Below are positions 12,050 to 25,789 of a stretch of DNA of 64,000 nucleotides, in pieces; within the stretch, counting starts at the first letter, position 1; every line of letters begins with the position of its first letter. The stretch is from Octopus bimaculoides. Taxonomy: Eukaryota. The stretch covers positions 40,472,457-40,536,456 of the forward strand of contig NC_068997.1 of the NCBI RefSeq assembly GCF_001194135.2. The letters are read 5' to 3'. Below the pieces are notes generated by a model. It did no database searches. It saw only the letters and a program-made list of their open reading frames with translations, and had not been told where the DNA came from. The position numbers and the translations under genes were made by a program.

Positions 12050-13200
12050 CTAGCAAGACTCATTATGGACAATCTGGAAGAAGAAACAGGTACTCTAGCA
12101 CTGGACACTTGATGAAGGATACTTTTTTCTGGAAAAAGAGAACTTTGTAAGACTTGACCACTTTTGAGAAAAGTTTCAGAGAAGTTCTATTGGCCTATTA
12201 TTGTCGAAAGATTAACAACATATCTACTCACTAATGGTAAACTGACTGCATTGATACAATTATCCAAAGAGTGACATAGTACTATAGAACAATTCTATAG
12301 TACTCCCAACAGTGTATTGGTTGAGACGGCAGCTTCCCCCTCCGGTCGCCAGCTAGGGATTGTACTTATTTACTTATTTATAGCATATATAACACTACCC
12401 ATTCGAGGTAAATTGCGAAATTTGAGATCACTGAAGAAGATGGCTACATGGTTACATATGGAATTCAACCCAGGAAAATCTTGAAGGTTGAGTATTCTGA
12501 AAGGGATACTAACAAATATATTCAGCATTCAAAGGTCTGAGGGTCGAACATTTCAAGAAAATGGAATCCTATGTCTTTGGATAATGGTAGCACTCAGAAG
12601 GACAGCGACAATGGAAAATACGTTATGATCCGACTGAGCAATTGGCTCAAAGTATCTTACAATAACCAACTACTTGGAAGTTTTAAAATGAGTATTCCCC
12701 AGTTCTGAGCTAGGCATTCCCCAGTTTTCAGCTCAGTCAACCTGTACATCAAAACTTCCAAACTCCGCTTACCAATTCCATCAGTAGCGAAAAAATTCAC
12801 AACCATTGAAGAAAGAAGATTCCGTAAATTACTAACTTTTGAAGATGAGACAGTTAGACACTTCACGAAGGCATGAAGGCCGATAGGAACTGGAAGCTCC
12901 AGGAAGCTGTGAAAGGAATTGAACCGTTTTAGAGGCATTAGGCATTGTTGGTAATGGTTGGAGAAGATTAGTGTATTATTTCTTGCAAAATATTGGTCTG
13001 GAACTCAATCAACTAAAGAGTGCCACTTGCAAGCTAGCCATAGCTGCTAAGAAGACCAGTTCACGGTGATTATGGTTTGGCAAGAAACCGTCTATGTGAC
13101 CCTTCCAGTAAAGGATTAGCTGTCCTAGCTGTTGCATCCAATCGAAGTCCACAGACTGATGGGTGAAACGCTTGTAACTCAAAGACATCCAGTGAAGATA
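12050..13200 (+). mobile_element. HERO-clade RLE non-LTR retrotransposon, heavily deleted
   Basis: Frame fragments MEFNPGKS*RLSILKG, VNLYIKTSKLRLPIPSVAKKF, RNWKLQEAVKGIE and LAIAAKKTSSR*LWFGKK match HERO RT and C-terminal motifs. Confidence 0.75.
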
Positions 13201-13453
13201 TAAAAAGGTTCCCAGCAATACGCTAAATTTAATCACCATCATAAAGAAAGATCTTACTACATCCTGAGGTAGCTAGAGCAGCTTCTGCTTAGAGTAAAGC
13301 ATCTCTGATGTTTATTTCACCTATGGATATATTACACGTGTGTGTGTCAGAGGTACATCGTTATATATATGATGGGTTTTTTTCCTTATGAGGTTTTTCA
13401 CGCTAACTACTTGAAAAATTCTTATAAAGTCTTTATCCTAATATTGTATATAT

Positions 13454-13511
<58 letters not shown>

Positions 13512-15584
13512 ATACACACACACACACAACACACATTAATGTGTGTGTATGCAGGTACGTGTGTTTAATTGTGCAAGTACGAGGCGGATCAGAAAACGAT
13601 TGTTTCACTAAACAGCTGATGTCCAAACTATCAGAGGCAGAGAATGGATCTTACCTGAAATGCTTTGTGCCGAACACATACAACACGCACGCATATATAT
13701 ATATTTGCTTTCACGCATCTACACATACACACACAACACACACAAATATATATGTGTCTGTGTGTATAGATATGTATATGCGTGTGTGTGTGTGGGGGGG
13801 GGTGTATTTGCATGGATGTACAAGTATGTAGAGATGTAATATATATATATATATANNNNNNNNNNACATACATACATACATGCATATACTTATGCTTGTA
13901 TGTACTTATGTAAGTATGTGTATGTTCATATAACGACGACTTTATAGAAAAAGGAGAGAGATGTTTATATATAAATAAATATACAGTGAGATGATTTCGA
14001 CAACTCAATAAATATATATGAGAGTGATGTCTACGGCTATTTATTCCTCTTTAGCAATCCAAAACTGGGTGTTGTACGAAGTAATTTCCAGTCAGATTGC
14101 TCATTGAGTATGCACTAATTATACTGGCGATGATCAACAGTGGTGTGCAGCGAACATTTACCGTTTATTTTCACTCTAAAGAGAATTTTAATTAATATTT
14201 ATTTTAGATAAAATTCCACTTCAAAAGGAAGAAAGAAAAGCAAGAACGACAGACGGGAAGAAGGCAAGCGGTGAATGAGAATGAAAAAGGTAAAAAGAAA
14301 GATGAGAGAAAGACAGAAAGAGTGGAAGAATGACAGAAAGTAGGTAACGCAGATAGAAAGAGAGAAAAAAATATATAAATAACTGAACTGAATAAAAACA
14401 ATTCAAAGGAAAAAAACGGAATATAAATGAAGAAAGAAGAGAGGAAGATTGTAAAGACAGCAGCATATCTCACTCAAGTATTTAACAAACATTAAAATAA
14501 AACATCAAACAAAGCAAAAACAGATAAATATAGAAATTTTCTGGTTTTTAAATTCTGTAATTATCCTATTAAAACTTGTTNNNNNNNNNNNNNNNNNNNN
14601 NNNNNNNNNNNNNNNNNNNNNNNNNNNNNNNNNNNNNNNNNNNNNNNNNNNNNNNNNNNNNNNNNNNNNNNNNNNNNNNNNNNNNNNNNNNNNNNNNNNN
14701 NNNNNNNNNNNNNNNNNNNNNNNNNNNNNNNNNNNNNNNNNNNNNNNNNNNNNNNNNNNNNNNNNNNNNNNNNNNNNNNNNNNNNNNNNNNNNNNNNNNN
14801 NNNNNNNNNNNNNNNNNNNNNNNNNNNNNNNNNNNNNNNNNNNNNNNNNNNNNNNNNNNNNNNNNNNNNNNNNNNNNNNNNNNNNNNNNNNNNNNNNNNN
14901 NNNNNNNNNNNNNNNNNNNNNNNNNNNNNNNNNNNNNNNNNNNNNNNNNNNNNNNNNNNNNNNNNNNNNNNNNNNNNNNNNNNNNNNNNNNNNNNNNNNN
15001 NNNNNNNNNNNNNNNNNNNNNNNNNNNNNNNNNNNNNNNNNNNNNNNNNNNNNNNNNNNNNNNNNNNNNNNNNNNNNNNNNNNNNNNNNNNNNNNNNNNN
15101 NNNNNNNNNNNNNNNNNNNNNGGGGGGGGGGTGTATGCGAGCGCGTACGTGTGTGTGAATGTGTGTGTGTATTTATGAGTTTTTGAATGTGTCTATATGA
15201 ATGTGAGGCTGTGTATTCATCAGAAACGCGAACAATTAATTGGTACAGCGTGAAATGACAATCTCTGTGATTATTGTTCTATAAGTAGAGAAAGTGATGA
15301 TGGTACCATCATAATATATCGCTATTGATCGTATCTGGACGTCTGTATGAAAGGCCTCTCTCTCTGTATGTGTGTGCGTGCATGCGTATGTGTAAGAGAA
15401 TGTGTGTATGAGTGTGCGTGTGAGCGTGTGCGTGTGCTTGTGCGCGTGTTCATGTGTAAGAGAATGTGTGTATGTATGTGTGTAGTTGTGTGTGTGTGTG
15501 TTAGTGTGCGTGTGTGCGTATGTGCGTGTATGTGTAAGGGAATGTGTATATGCGTGTATGTGCGTGTGTGTGTGATGCCATGGC

Positions 15585-15619
<35 letters not shown>

Positions 15620-15731
15620 AAACAAGTAGAAGATCGAGATGACCATCTGAACTAGATGAGAAAACAGCTTGCGGCGGCAGTCGACCTTAGCAAGAAGAGA
15701 TGAAGGCGCCTAACGCAATGACGAAGACACA

Positions 15732-15771
<40 letters not shown>

Positions 15772-16812
15772 GACAGTGAGAGAGAAACAGACAGTGAGAG
15801 AGAAACAGACAGTGAGAGACAGTGAGAGGAAATATCTTATTAATAATATTATGTGAATGTCGGAGTAGAATACAAACCCTCTGAAATGATTTGCTTCAAG
15901 GTTCAAAACCGACGTATATCGTGTGAATCTTTCAATCTGGTATTTCAAAAATTACTCCTGAATATCTTAGAGATTTGGGGTATGCTAGGATATGAACTTA
16001 CTTCTGGTGTACCTTTAGCTTGTTTTATTGCCTATGACAGATCCAATTGCTTTATTTTAGAGGGAAGCTAATCAGCTGACCACGTTGTTTAGGTGTTTAG
16101 ACAGCTATCCTGAGAATTGACGGATCGTATCCTTCTGCTGTGCTGTGTCAATAACTAAAACATAAACTCTTGGTAAGCCCTGTTCATCTAGCTTAAAGTG
16201 GGTACTGAGAGATTTCCTTGTTTAATTGTTTAATTTATTGTTTAATTAAACAATTAAACAGTATACATCTTTTGCAAAACACGCCAGCACACACATACAC
16301 ACACACATCACTCATACATAAATATTGTCTAATTAACGATGATCTCTCAATGGCACAAATATGCAAATAACACTATACTATCTACTACGGTATTAGTCTA
16401 ATTTATCGCTGCTTTGTATAATAGCTGTATATTTTTTGCTATTGATTGGGGAGGGGAAACTGAGTAGATCATCGACGAAGAATGATCAACAAACTGTTGA
16501 CGGGTTTCTGCTCATCAAAAGCATATGATCACTTACATTCCATTCATGACTATCACGTTTTCTGGGAATGATATCTAGCCTACGTTGCTCAATAAGTGTT
16601 CTTTTTTCAGACGGTGTATGGTGAATTGAGGACCGTATGGCTGGTGTTATTTCTGGTAGATTGGTCTACCACACACTGGTCTTTCCCGAAGTTACAATTC
16701 TTAATTCACCGTTCCAGTCACAACTGCGATATGTGACGTATCGTGACGGTAACCAATGGAATATTATAATAGTGGTATAAAAAGACTTGTGAGTTGACAT
16801 CCGTCCTGATAT

Positions 16813-16867
<55 letters not shown>

Positions 16868-16879
16868 ATAAAAAAGTAG

Positions 16880-17330
16880 ATAGATAGATAGATACATTTC
16901 TTTTATTAGCCACACAGGGCTCAACGAAGATGGGACAAATACAATGTAGAGCTTTTCTTTTGGGGAGGGGGAAGGNNNNNNNNNNNNNNNNNNNNNNNNN
17001 NNNNNNNNNNNNNNNNNNNNNNNNNNNNNNNNNNNNNNNNNNNNNNNNNNNNNNNNNNNNNNNNNNNNNNNNNNNNNNNNNNNNNNNNNNNNNNNNNNNN
17101 NNNNNNNNNNNNNNNNNNNNNNNNNNNNNNNNNNNNNNNNNNNNNNNNNNNNNNNNNNNNNNNNNNNNNNNNGGGCGATCAATAGGGATCGTGTATCACA
17201 CAGTAATGTTCTCGTGTAAAAGGAGGGGAGGACAGTTTAGGTTAGGCCGTGGAAAGAAAAGCCTACGGAAAAGACCACGGTAACCTTGGTCAATATTCTC
17301 ATTGAAGAAACTATAACAGTAAGTGATTCT
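16880..17330 (-). repeat. Probable retroelement 3' end with (TATC)n tail, spanning a gap
   Basis: Reverse complement ends TTTGTCCCATCTTCGTTGAGCCCTGTGTGGCTAATAAAAGAAAT followed by (TATC)n. Family not resolved. Confidence 0.35.
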
Positions 17331-17441
17331 CTTTTGCCTTTTTGTTTTCTTTTTTTTTCTTGGATTTTTTTTTTTTAGTTGATAGGGTTATACTCAAGAT
17401 GGCTCCGTCGTTCACACGTGCCATCCTTGCTACATTCACCC

Positions 17442-17494
<53 letters not shown>

Positions 17495-17939
17495 ATCATA
17501 CATACATGCATGCATGCATAAAACTTACATACATATATAGTTACATTCATATATATATACACGCATATATAGAGAGAGACAGAGAAAGAGAGAGGAGAGA
17601 GGGAGGAGAGAGAGAGAAGGTGGGAAGGAGGATAGAAAAATAGATACAAATTCTTATATGTACACATAGATGACTAATATATTTCTTATGTATATATTTA
17701 GACTTACACGCATACATACATATGCATACATTTGTGTGCGCGCATGTGTATATGTCTAAGTATGTTTGTGTGTCTGAGTGAGCGTGTGTGTGTGTGCGTA
17801 TGTGTGCGTATGTGTGCTTGTGTGTATGCAAGTAGTCGCACCGGTAAACGATCGATATATTTCACAATTGTCTTCAAATACTGTAGAATAAGATTCAAAC
17901 GGTAAGATCAAAAGTCCAATAAAAAATCCTGCTTCTGGG

Positions 17940-18030
17940 AGAGGAATCAAGTTTTCGTTTCATCCTTCTGGGATCGATAAAATAAAGTACCAATCACGTA
18001 CTGAGATCGATTTACATGCGACCTAGTTGT
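17940..18030 (+). mobile_element. SINE family B, decayed central domain
   Basis: TTTCATCCTTCTGGGATCGATAAAATAAAGTACCAATCACGTACTGAGATCGAT. Confidence 0.65.
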
Positions 18031-19997
18031 CATCTGAATTATAATGGAAGACAAGACAAAGAATATTATTACATAATAACACATCTTTGAGATGTTGCTT
18101 TGTAATATCAGAGCCGTTTTCCCTATCCATTCCACACGAAGTTGTAACTGTCACATCGATAGCCTTATGCAAATTTTGTATATGCTATGAAATAAGTTGC
18201 TCCAAATTTACTTTAACTCTGTGTTATATGAAACCTAGAAAGCAGAGAATTCAGTTGAAAGACTGCGTTGGTGAAATAATGTTGTAAATAATGTTATGAA
18301 TTAATGTTATATAAAATTATAAATAAAATCATATTGTAATCGATGTATTGAGTTTTGTGGAAAGGAAAATGTTATAAACGTTTCAGGTAGAAGACCTTTG
18401 TCAAGATTATGGAAAGGCATAAAATGGAAGAGGGAAAACGCTAGTGCCAGTGTGTTATTTCTACACACAGACACAATTGAAGATAATGGTAATGTATATG
18501 GATTTATAGCTAGGCTAAAACATGCAAATAATTTTGAATAATCTGAAATCCAGAAACTATGAAATACAGTTCAAAGTTTGCGTCTATGCCTGCGTCAGTG
18601 CAAGTGATCCAATGAAGGAAGATTATAAAATAAAATTTCAGTTCCTTTACCTTTTAGCAGACATAGTATCGGCCGTTCTCTCGTTTTGGTGAAAAACTGG
18701 AGATAGGAATTACGACCAATAATAGCAATTATTGTATCATATCTCTTAGGAGAATAAATAATTGCTTCTTGTTGAATCTCTAAGGTAGAAAGTCTTAGTT
18801 GTTAAATAATATCTGTATTGCTTTGTTTGAACGGAATGGGTCTTTTGACTTGGTTATGCAATATTCTTAAAATAACAATTTCCTTTAACTCTTCATTCAG
18901 ATCACCTCGTCGAGTAGAAACATAGCTGTTTGTTCCATCCGAAGACATTACAAATGAATGGTATCGAGTATTCCAACCAAATACATGGTGTTCAGCTCTA
19001 AATTAATGAAAACCTTATTGTGAATGTCTGCTAGTTAATATTTTAGCCTGAACACAGCAAAGTTGCCTGATTAAAAATGAAGCAGAACTAATCGTCATGT
19101 CCAGTTTTATGTTATTGTCTAATAAATTTCGTCCTACTTCAGGGAGAATATTACTTGATACGAGTAAATAATGACCTCATTCACAAATGATATTCACATT
19201 CTGGGTGGCAATTTAGCTGAAGCTTTGATTCTGGACATTACTATCTTAGTGTATTATACTAATATTTCTACTTTCCGGTCTATTTAACAATATGATCGCT
19301 AGACGTTCAATATTGATTTCTTACATTGACACAACGAGGTGCTCTAGCAATAATTTACAAAACAGCATAGTTAACAGAGACAAATCATATTATGAATGAC
19401 AATTAGCAAGCTCTGAATACGTGAACTTTTAAGGAAAGGTTCGCAATAGTTAGCGGGAGATGGGAAGGCGTCTTCTGAAAATGATGACGCAGTTGTTTTC
19501 TCTGTTGTGTAAGGTTATTGGTGTAAAGTTCGTTATACAGTTTTTATAAACATTGTCTACGTATATATCAATAATTGTATGTTTGTATGATAATGTGTTT
19601 AGACAGGGAATAGGCGAATAGGTCTTTTTATTCAAGTGTTTCACTGGTAAAAGTATAAGAACTCGACAGTCAATTTTGTTCTTATTCTTTTGTATATTTC
19701 ATATATTTATATATTTTTGCTTACTTTGATGCACACTACAATTTATTACTGAAGCTAGTTAAATAAAACGAGATCTCTATGGTCCAACAAGGGGAAGTGG
19801 CATTTACATGATCGCTAGATCTTCGGGAAACAACCAGCTAATTCTCCATCACATTATTTTGTATTGCCGTAAAAAGTGGACACCTTGGTTAATGTAGTCC
19901 TAGATACATTAAGCTTGAAAAAAAGTTACTGATATCCACTTCGATAACTTCATGCAGCATAGCATGGATTTGACAGACTAGTTTCCTTAGCGAGGAC

Positions 19998-20082
<85 letters not shown>
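19998..20082. repeat. (CT)n microsatellite (representative; simple repeats recur throughout the window)
   Basis: Direct reading. Other large tracts: (CA)n 1-56 and 61391-61510, (TAGA)n ~390-445, (ATT)n ~35930-36102, (CAT)n ~44965-45050. Confidence 0.98.
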
Positions 20083-20086
<4 letters not shown>

Positions 20087-20479
20087 CTCTCATTTTCTCT
20101 TTCTCTCTTTCTATAGCACTCACGCGCGCACACACACGCACACACACGCACACACACACGCACGCGCGCACACACGCACACACACATGCACACACACACA
20201 TGCACGCACACTGACGCGCACACATAATCTCACATGCTAGTGGGAACTAATATTAGACGAAAGCCTTGTGTTCAGAAGAAGAGTGAAGCGGAAATTATCG
20301 ATGGTGCTCCCATTGTTTGTGACTTTCCTCGGCACCGCCTCACTTCTTGCCCAACGTAGCTCAGAGTATTTCTAATCTGCTGTCATGGAATGAACGTCAG
20401 CAAAAAGTGGAGTATGCAAGTATGGTTTGTATTTCCATATTGTTCGTGAGGCATTTTATCCAATCCCTCGCTCAACCAC

Positions 20480-20815
20480 TCATCACCAATAAAATCCCTG
20501 ATACCGTGAGTTGCTTTTTGCATCACTCCACACTTTTTGCACATAGTGGTGGCAAGCCATTGAGATAGGCACCAAAATAATCATGAATAATTTTATAGAC
20601 ATTACCAAGACTAAGTGGAATATCGTTTGAGGTTAATCACGCGGCCATTTTGATTCGTGACACTTGTACAACAGTTTTGAATTAATCAATCCATTTGGTG
20701 ACAGTCCAGAGCTGCAAAACACAGTTCCAATACTATGTTTTACTGCTTTCAATGGATATTGTCCCTTCAATCATCTATAATCCATAGAAAATGAATCAGT
20801 GTATGTCGCACTTCT
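20480..20815 (-). mobile_element. Highly decayed mariner transposase N-terminal fragment
   Basis: Minus-strand fragments TVTKWID*FKT, IPLSLGNVYKIIHDYFG and RDFIGDEWL resemble the mariner HTH and first-D (GDETW) regions. Confidence 0.5.
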
Positions 20816-21460
20816 TTAGAGCAAGCAAGAAAGACGGCCATATTTAACAGAGCTTCAGATTTTATTACTCAGCGGGCAGAAAAAAGCCTTGATCTCCTTT
20901 CAAATCTTGTCAAACCCAAATCAGGAACAGAATATTCGCTTTCTTTCCAAGAGATTGAACGAAAAGAGAGTTAAACTGGTCTAATTTGCACAACACTACA
21001 TGCAATAACAATGTGAATACATAAATAAATTAGTTAATTAATTGTGCACTACATAGCATCGTTTATGCTTTACATTCTAGATTATTAAAAACTGATGTGC
21101 GTGGTAGAATTAATTAATTAATTTAGCCACATTGTTGGCGCCTTCAAGATAATAGACAGTAGACAAAATAGTTTCGCTCCGTTCGAATTTATATGTACTA
21201 TAAATAGCTGTAATCTTATAATTTCTCCGCGAATATTGAGTATCATTAATCGGATGGAGGCATCACAAAATGAGAATCTTGAGAGTTCGATCCTCATTGT
21301 TTTACCCCCCTGGAGAAATACAAACTATGGTGTAACCACTTCTTTTTTTCACAAGAGGCTAATTTTTATACTATTGCAACATAAAGCCTACAAAAAAATT
21401 ATAGATATGAGCATATATAAATACTAAAATACATACACAAGCATGTGTATATACGTATGC

Positions 21461-22408
21461 TGTTGTGGCAGACGCCCCCAGGTGAGAAGTGGGCTGGTCC
21501 ACTACTAATAAATAGTGGACCCACTCAGTAAGTCGGGTCAGTCAGCGAGGTATGTTGTTCGGGCTAGTCACGCAGACGACGAAGTTGCGTCGTTATAATG
21601 CGTGACATATCAGTGGCGACGAAGATTCGGAGCTCGCGCAGTGGAAAAATGTTAAAAATCCCGAGGTGGGATTTGAACTACACACAGTGAAAAGTATATT
21701 TAAAAAAAGATTCTGAAGAAAAAAAATTCAGATAAAACTGGAACTCTAACACAGAACTGAACTAAACACAGTGAAAAATAATATAAGTCCGTTCAAAGGA
21801 CTTTTGTGGAGCAAAAAAGAAAAATAATAATAATAATAAGTCTGTGCGAAGGATTTAACTCAGGTCGCTATATGTTAATAGCGCTACCGGTAAACATTGT
21901 AGACTGGTACTACCTGCGGCATTTTGAAAACAAAAATATGGTTCTGTGTGGAATAAAAATAAAATAATGATAATAATAATAATAATAATAATAATAAGTC
22001 CGTTCGAAGGATTTTAGTCAGGTTGCTATATGTTAATAGCGCTAGTGGTAAACAAAGTAGACTGGTACTACCTGCAGCATTTTGAATATGTATATAATTC
22101 TGTGTGGAACAAGAAAAGTCTAAATGAGAAGAGAAAAATAATTCTGGTTAGAAGAAATAGAAAAGAAAAGAAATAATAATGTGGTGTTGACAGAGTGAAA
22201 AATATATATCTAACTCTGTGTGGAACAAAAAAAATCTAAATAATTCTAACTAGAAGAAAAAGAAATGAAATATATATATAATGTGTTGAAAGAAAAAAAA
22301 CTTAAAGTGGGGAGGTGTTGTGGCGGACGCCTCCAGGTGAGAATTGGGCTGGTCCACTACAAATAAATAGTGGACAGACTCAGTAATTAGGGTAAGTCAG
22401 CGAGGTAT
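21461..22408 (+). mobile_element. Miniature non-coding LTR retroelement (TRIM-like, Gypsy-type priming signals); 3' LTR truncated
   Basis: 5' LTR TGT...ACA 21461-21607. PBS TGGCGACGAAGAT 21614-21626. PPT AAAGTGGGGAGG 22304-22315. 3' LTR 22316-22408 has 9 mismatches in 93 nt against the 5' LTR. Internal 700 bp has no coding remnant. Confidence 0.85.
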
Positions 22409-24636
22409 ATATATATATATATATATACCAAGAACGGGGACAAGGGGTTAAAACACGTGAAACCAGATAAAAACGGAACAAGCAAAAATTTAGCCTACAT
22501 CAGCTTTGTGTGAAGGAAACCTTGCAGTTCCAACAGGTTTAGATAGATTTGATACGTTAATGGCGTTAAAAAGACATTGGATATGTTTGTTGGGTAATTA
22601 ATGGAGACGCGATGGCAAAGAAGGTGAAACTAAAAGTGAGAGCTTTGCGATTGGGATGAGGGAAAAGCAAGGTGTGAGGAAAAAAAGTATGCTTGAGACT
22701 AGCGACAAGAATAAGTGGAGAAAACAAAAAACCAAAACCTGTGTCTGTTGATGGTGAACGTAAATATAAGGATGAATTAACGAGATAAAATAATAGAATA
22801 ACACAAGGTAACTTGTACAACGCAGAAGAATGCTTGGACGTTATCTTTAAACAAGTAATGTTCGTTTGGTGAGCTAAACGGTAAAACAGAATCATCGGTA
22901 CAGTGGATGCAGGGAAAGCTGAAAACGAAGGGGAGCAGAGAACACAGGGGATACATAGTAGTGGGGTGGGGGGAAGGAAAAAAGTAGAGGATAGAAAGAA
23001 AATAGAAAGAAAAGAGAAAGAGAGAGAGAGAGAGAGAGAGGGAATGGAAATATATATGTGTTTAGTTGCTTTTGCGTGTATACGTATGGGAGTGTATATA
23101 CATATACACAAATATACATACACACACACACACACACACATATATACATATATATGCATACATATATATTTATATATATATNNNNNNNNNNNNNNNNNNN
23201 NNNNNNNNNNNNNNNNNNNNNNNNNNNNNNNNNNNNNNNNNNNNNNNNNNNNNNNNNNNNNNNNNNNNNNNNNNNNNNNNNNNNNNNNNNNNNNNNNNNN
23301 NNNNNNNNNNNNNNNNNNNNNNNNNNNNNNNNNNNNNNNNNNNNNNNNNNNNNNNNNNNNNNNNNNNNNNNNNNNNNNNNNNNNNNNNNNNNNNNNNNNN
23401 NNNNNNNNNNNNNNNNNNNNNNNNNNNNNNNNNNNNNNNNNNNNNNNNNNNNNNNNNNNNNNNNNNNNNNNNNNNNNNNNNNNNNNNNNNNNNNNNNNNN
23501 NNNNNNNNNNNNNNNNNNNNNNNNNNNNNNNNNNNNNNNNNNNNNNNNNNNNNNNNNNNNNNNNNNNNNNNNNNNNNNNNNNNNNNNNNNNNNNNNNNNN
23601 NNNNNNNNNNNNNNNNNNNNNNNNNNNNNNNNNNNNNNNNNNNNNNNNNNNNNNNNNNNNNNNNNNNNNNNNNNNNNNNNNNNNNNNNNNNNNNNNNNNN
23701 NNNNNNNNNNNNNNNNNNNNNNNNNNNNNNNNNNNNNNNNNNNNNNNNNNNNNNNNNNNNNNNNNNNNNNNNNNNNNNNNNNNNNNNNNNNNNNNNNNNN
23801 NNNNNNNNNNNNNNNNNNNNNNNNNNNNNNNNNNNNNNNNNNNNNNNNNNNNNNNNNNNNNNNNNNNNNNNNNNNNNNNNNNNNNNNNNNNNNNNNNNNN
23901 NNNNNNNNNNNNNNNNNNNNNNNNNNNNNNNNNNNNNNNNNNNNNNNNNNNNNNNNNNNNNNNNNNNNNNNNNNNNNNNNNNNNNNNNNNGTGTGTGTGT
24001 GTGTGTGTGTGTGAGTGTATGCCTGCGCGGGTTTTGCTTCTGTGTGGATTGCACGCCAAATCAGTCACCGAGAAATCTTACAATTCTTCAAACGTCTACT
24101 CAACGGATTACGTTTGAAGATTAACGTCTCCCCCATCGTTCCATCTCTCTGTTATCTTTCTTTCCCCCACCTCCTCTTCCTGCTTGCTTTACTTGGAAAC
24201 CTTATCTTCTCTATGGTTACACGTATCGATCTCCTGGCCAGCTACCTAAGTCGACACTACTGCCAACACAGAGTAGCAAGCACTTAAACATTGACCCTTC
24301 TAGCTGCAATTCACCTTTTCTTTTGTCGTGTATTCGCTCTCCATGAACCTCGCTGCTGCAGCCAACGCTGAGGCCTACACATATTTCTATTTCAATCTTT
24401 CTTTGGAACAATTTCAGACTATATTAACTCCTCTGTAATCGATTTGTTTTTCTTTTGCTTCTTTAGAACTCTGTCCGTGACGGTCATGCCGTAACCGCAT
24501 CGAACTGTTACATAGATTAAAGGCTAACACATCTATTCCATCAGCACAGATTACGATAAGAAACACAACTGGTGGCCTCACTCACACACGCATACATACG
24601 CATGTATGTATGTATATATGTATGTATGCATGTATG

Positions 24637-24694
<58 letters not shown>

Positions 24695-24708
24695 TGTATG
24701 TGTGTGTA

Positions 24709-24774
<66 letters not shown>

Positions 24775-25647
24775 TACATGCATGCTTATGTACGCATATA
24801 TATATACATAAGTGTGTGTATAGATAAATTCATACACACATACATGTACATTTGGGTATTTGTATGTGCGTGTATGTATATATGTATATATATGTATGTG
24901 CCTGTGTATGTCTCTGTCTGTCTGTCACTCTATCTATATAGTATATATTATATGTATATATACACAACAAAATCTCACTCTCTCTTTCTCTCTCTCTATA
25001 NNNNNNNNNNNNNNNNNNNNNNNNNNNNNNNNNNNNNNNNNNNNNNNNNNNNNNNNNNNNNNNNNNNNNNNNNNNNNNNNNNNNNNNNNNNNNNNNNNNN
25101 NNNNNNNNNNNNNNNNNNNNNNNNNNNNNNNNNNNNNNNNNNNNNNNNNNNNNNNNNNNNNNNNNNNNNNNNNNNNNNNNNNNNNNNNNNNNNNNNNNNN
25201 NNNNNNNNNNNNNNNNNNNNNNNNNNNNNNNNNNNNNNNNNNNNNNNNNNNNNNNNNNNNNNNNNNNNNNNNNNNNNNNNNNNNNNNNNNNNNNNNNNNN
25301 NNNNNNNNNNNNNNNNNNNNNNNNNNNNNNNNNNNNNNNNNNNNNNNNNNNNNNNNNNNNNNNNNNNNNNNNNNNNNNNNNNNNNNNNNNNNNNNNNNNN
25401 NNNNNNNNNNNNNNNNNNNNNNNNNNNNNNNNNNNNNNNNATATATATATATATATATATACATACATACATACATACATACATACATACATACATACAT
25501 ACATACATACATACATACATACATGCAGGGGAAAAGTAGACTGACTTCCAATTTCGATGCTGACTAACTACGTCATATTGTACCACTATGCATCCATAAT
25601 ACACTAACACTATTGTAAGTAAATGTTGGCGGCTACAGTATATGCGT

Positions 25648-25736
<89 letters not shown>

Positions 25737-25789
25737 TGTGTGAGTGTGTGTGTTCAATTTTTCAATTATTATAAATCTTCCACTGAAGA

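Noticed and set aside
20284-20330. Plus-strand EAEIIDGAPIV resembling the XPG-like domain of Academ transposons
   Set aside because: No further Academ motifs follow, and the adjacent minus strand is better explained as decayed mariner.
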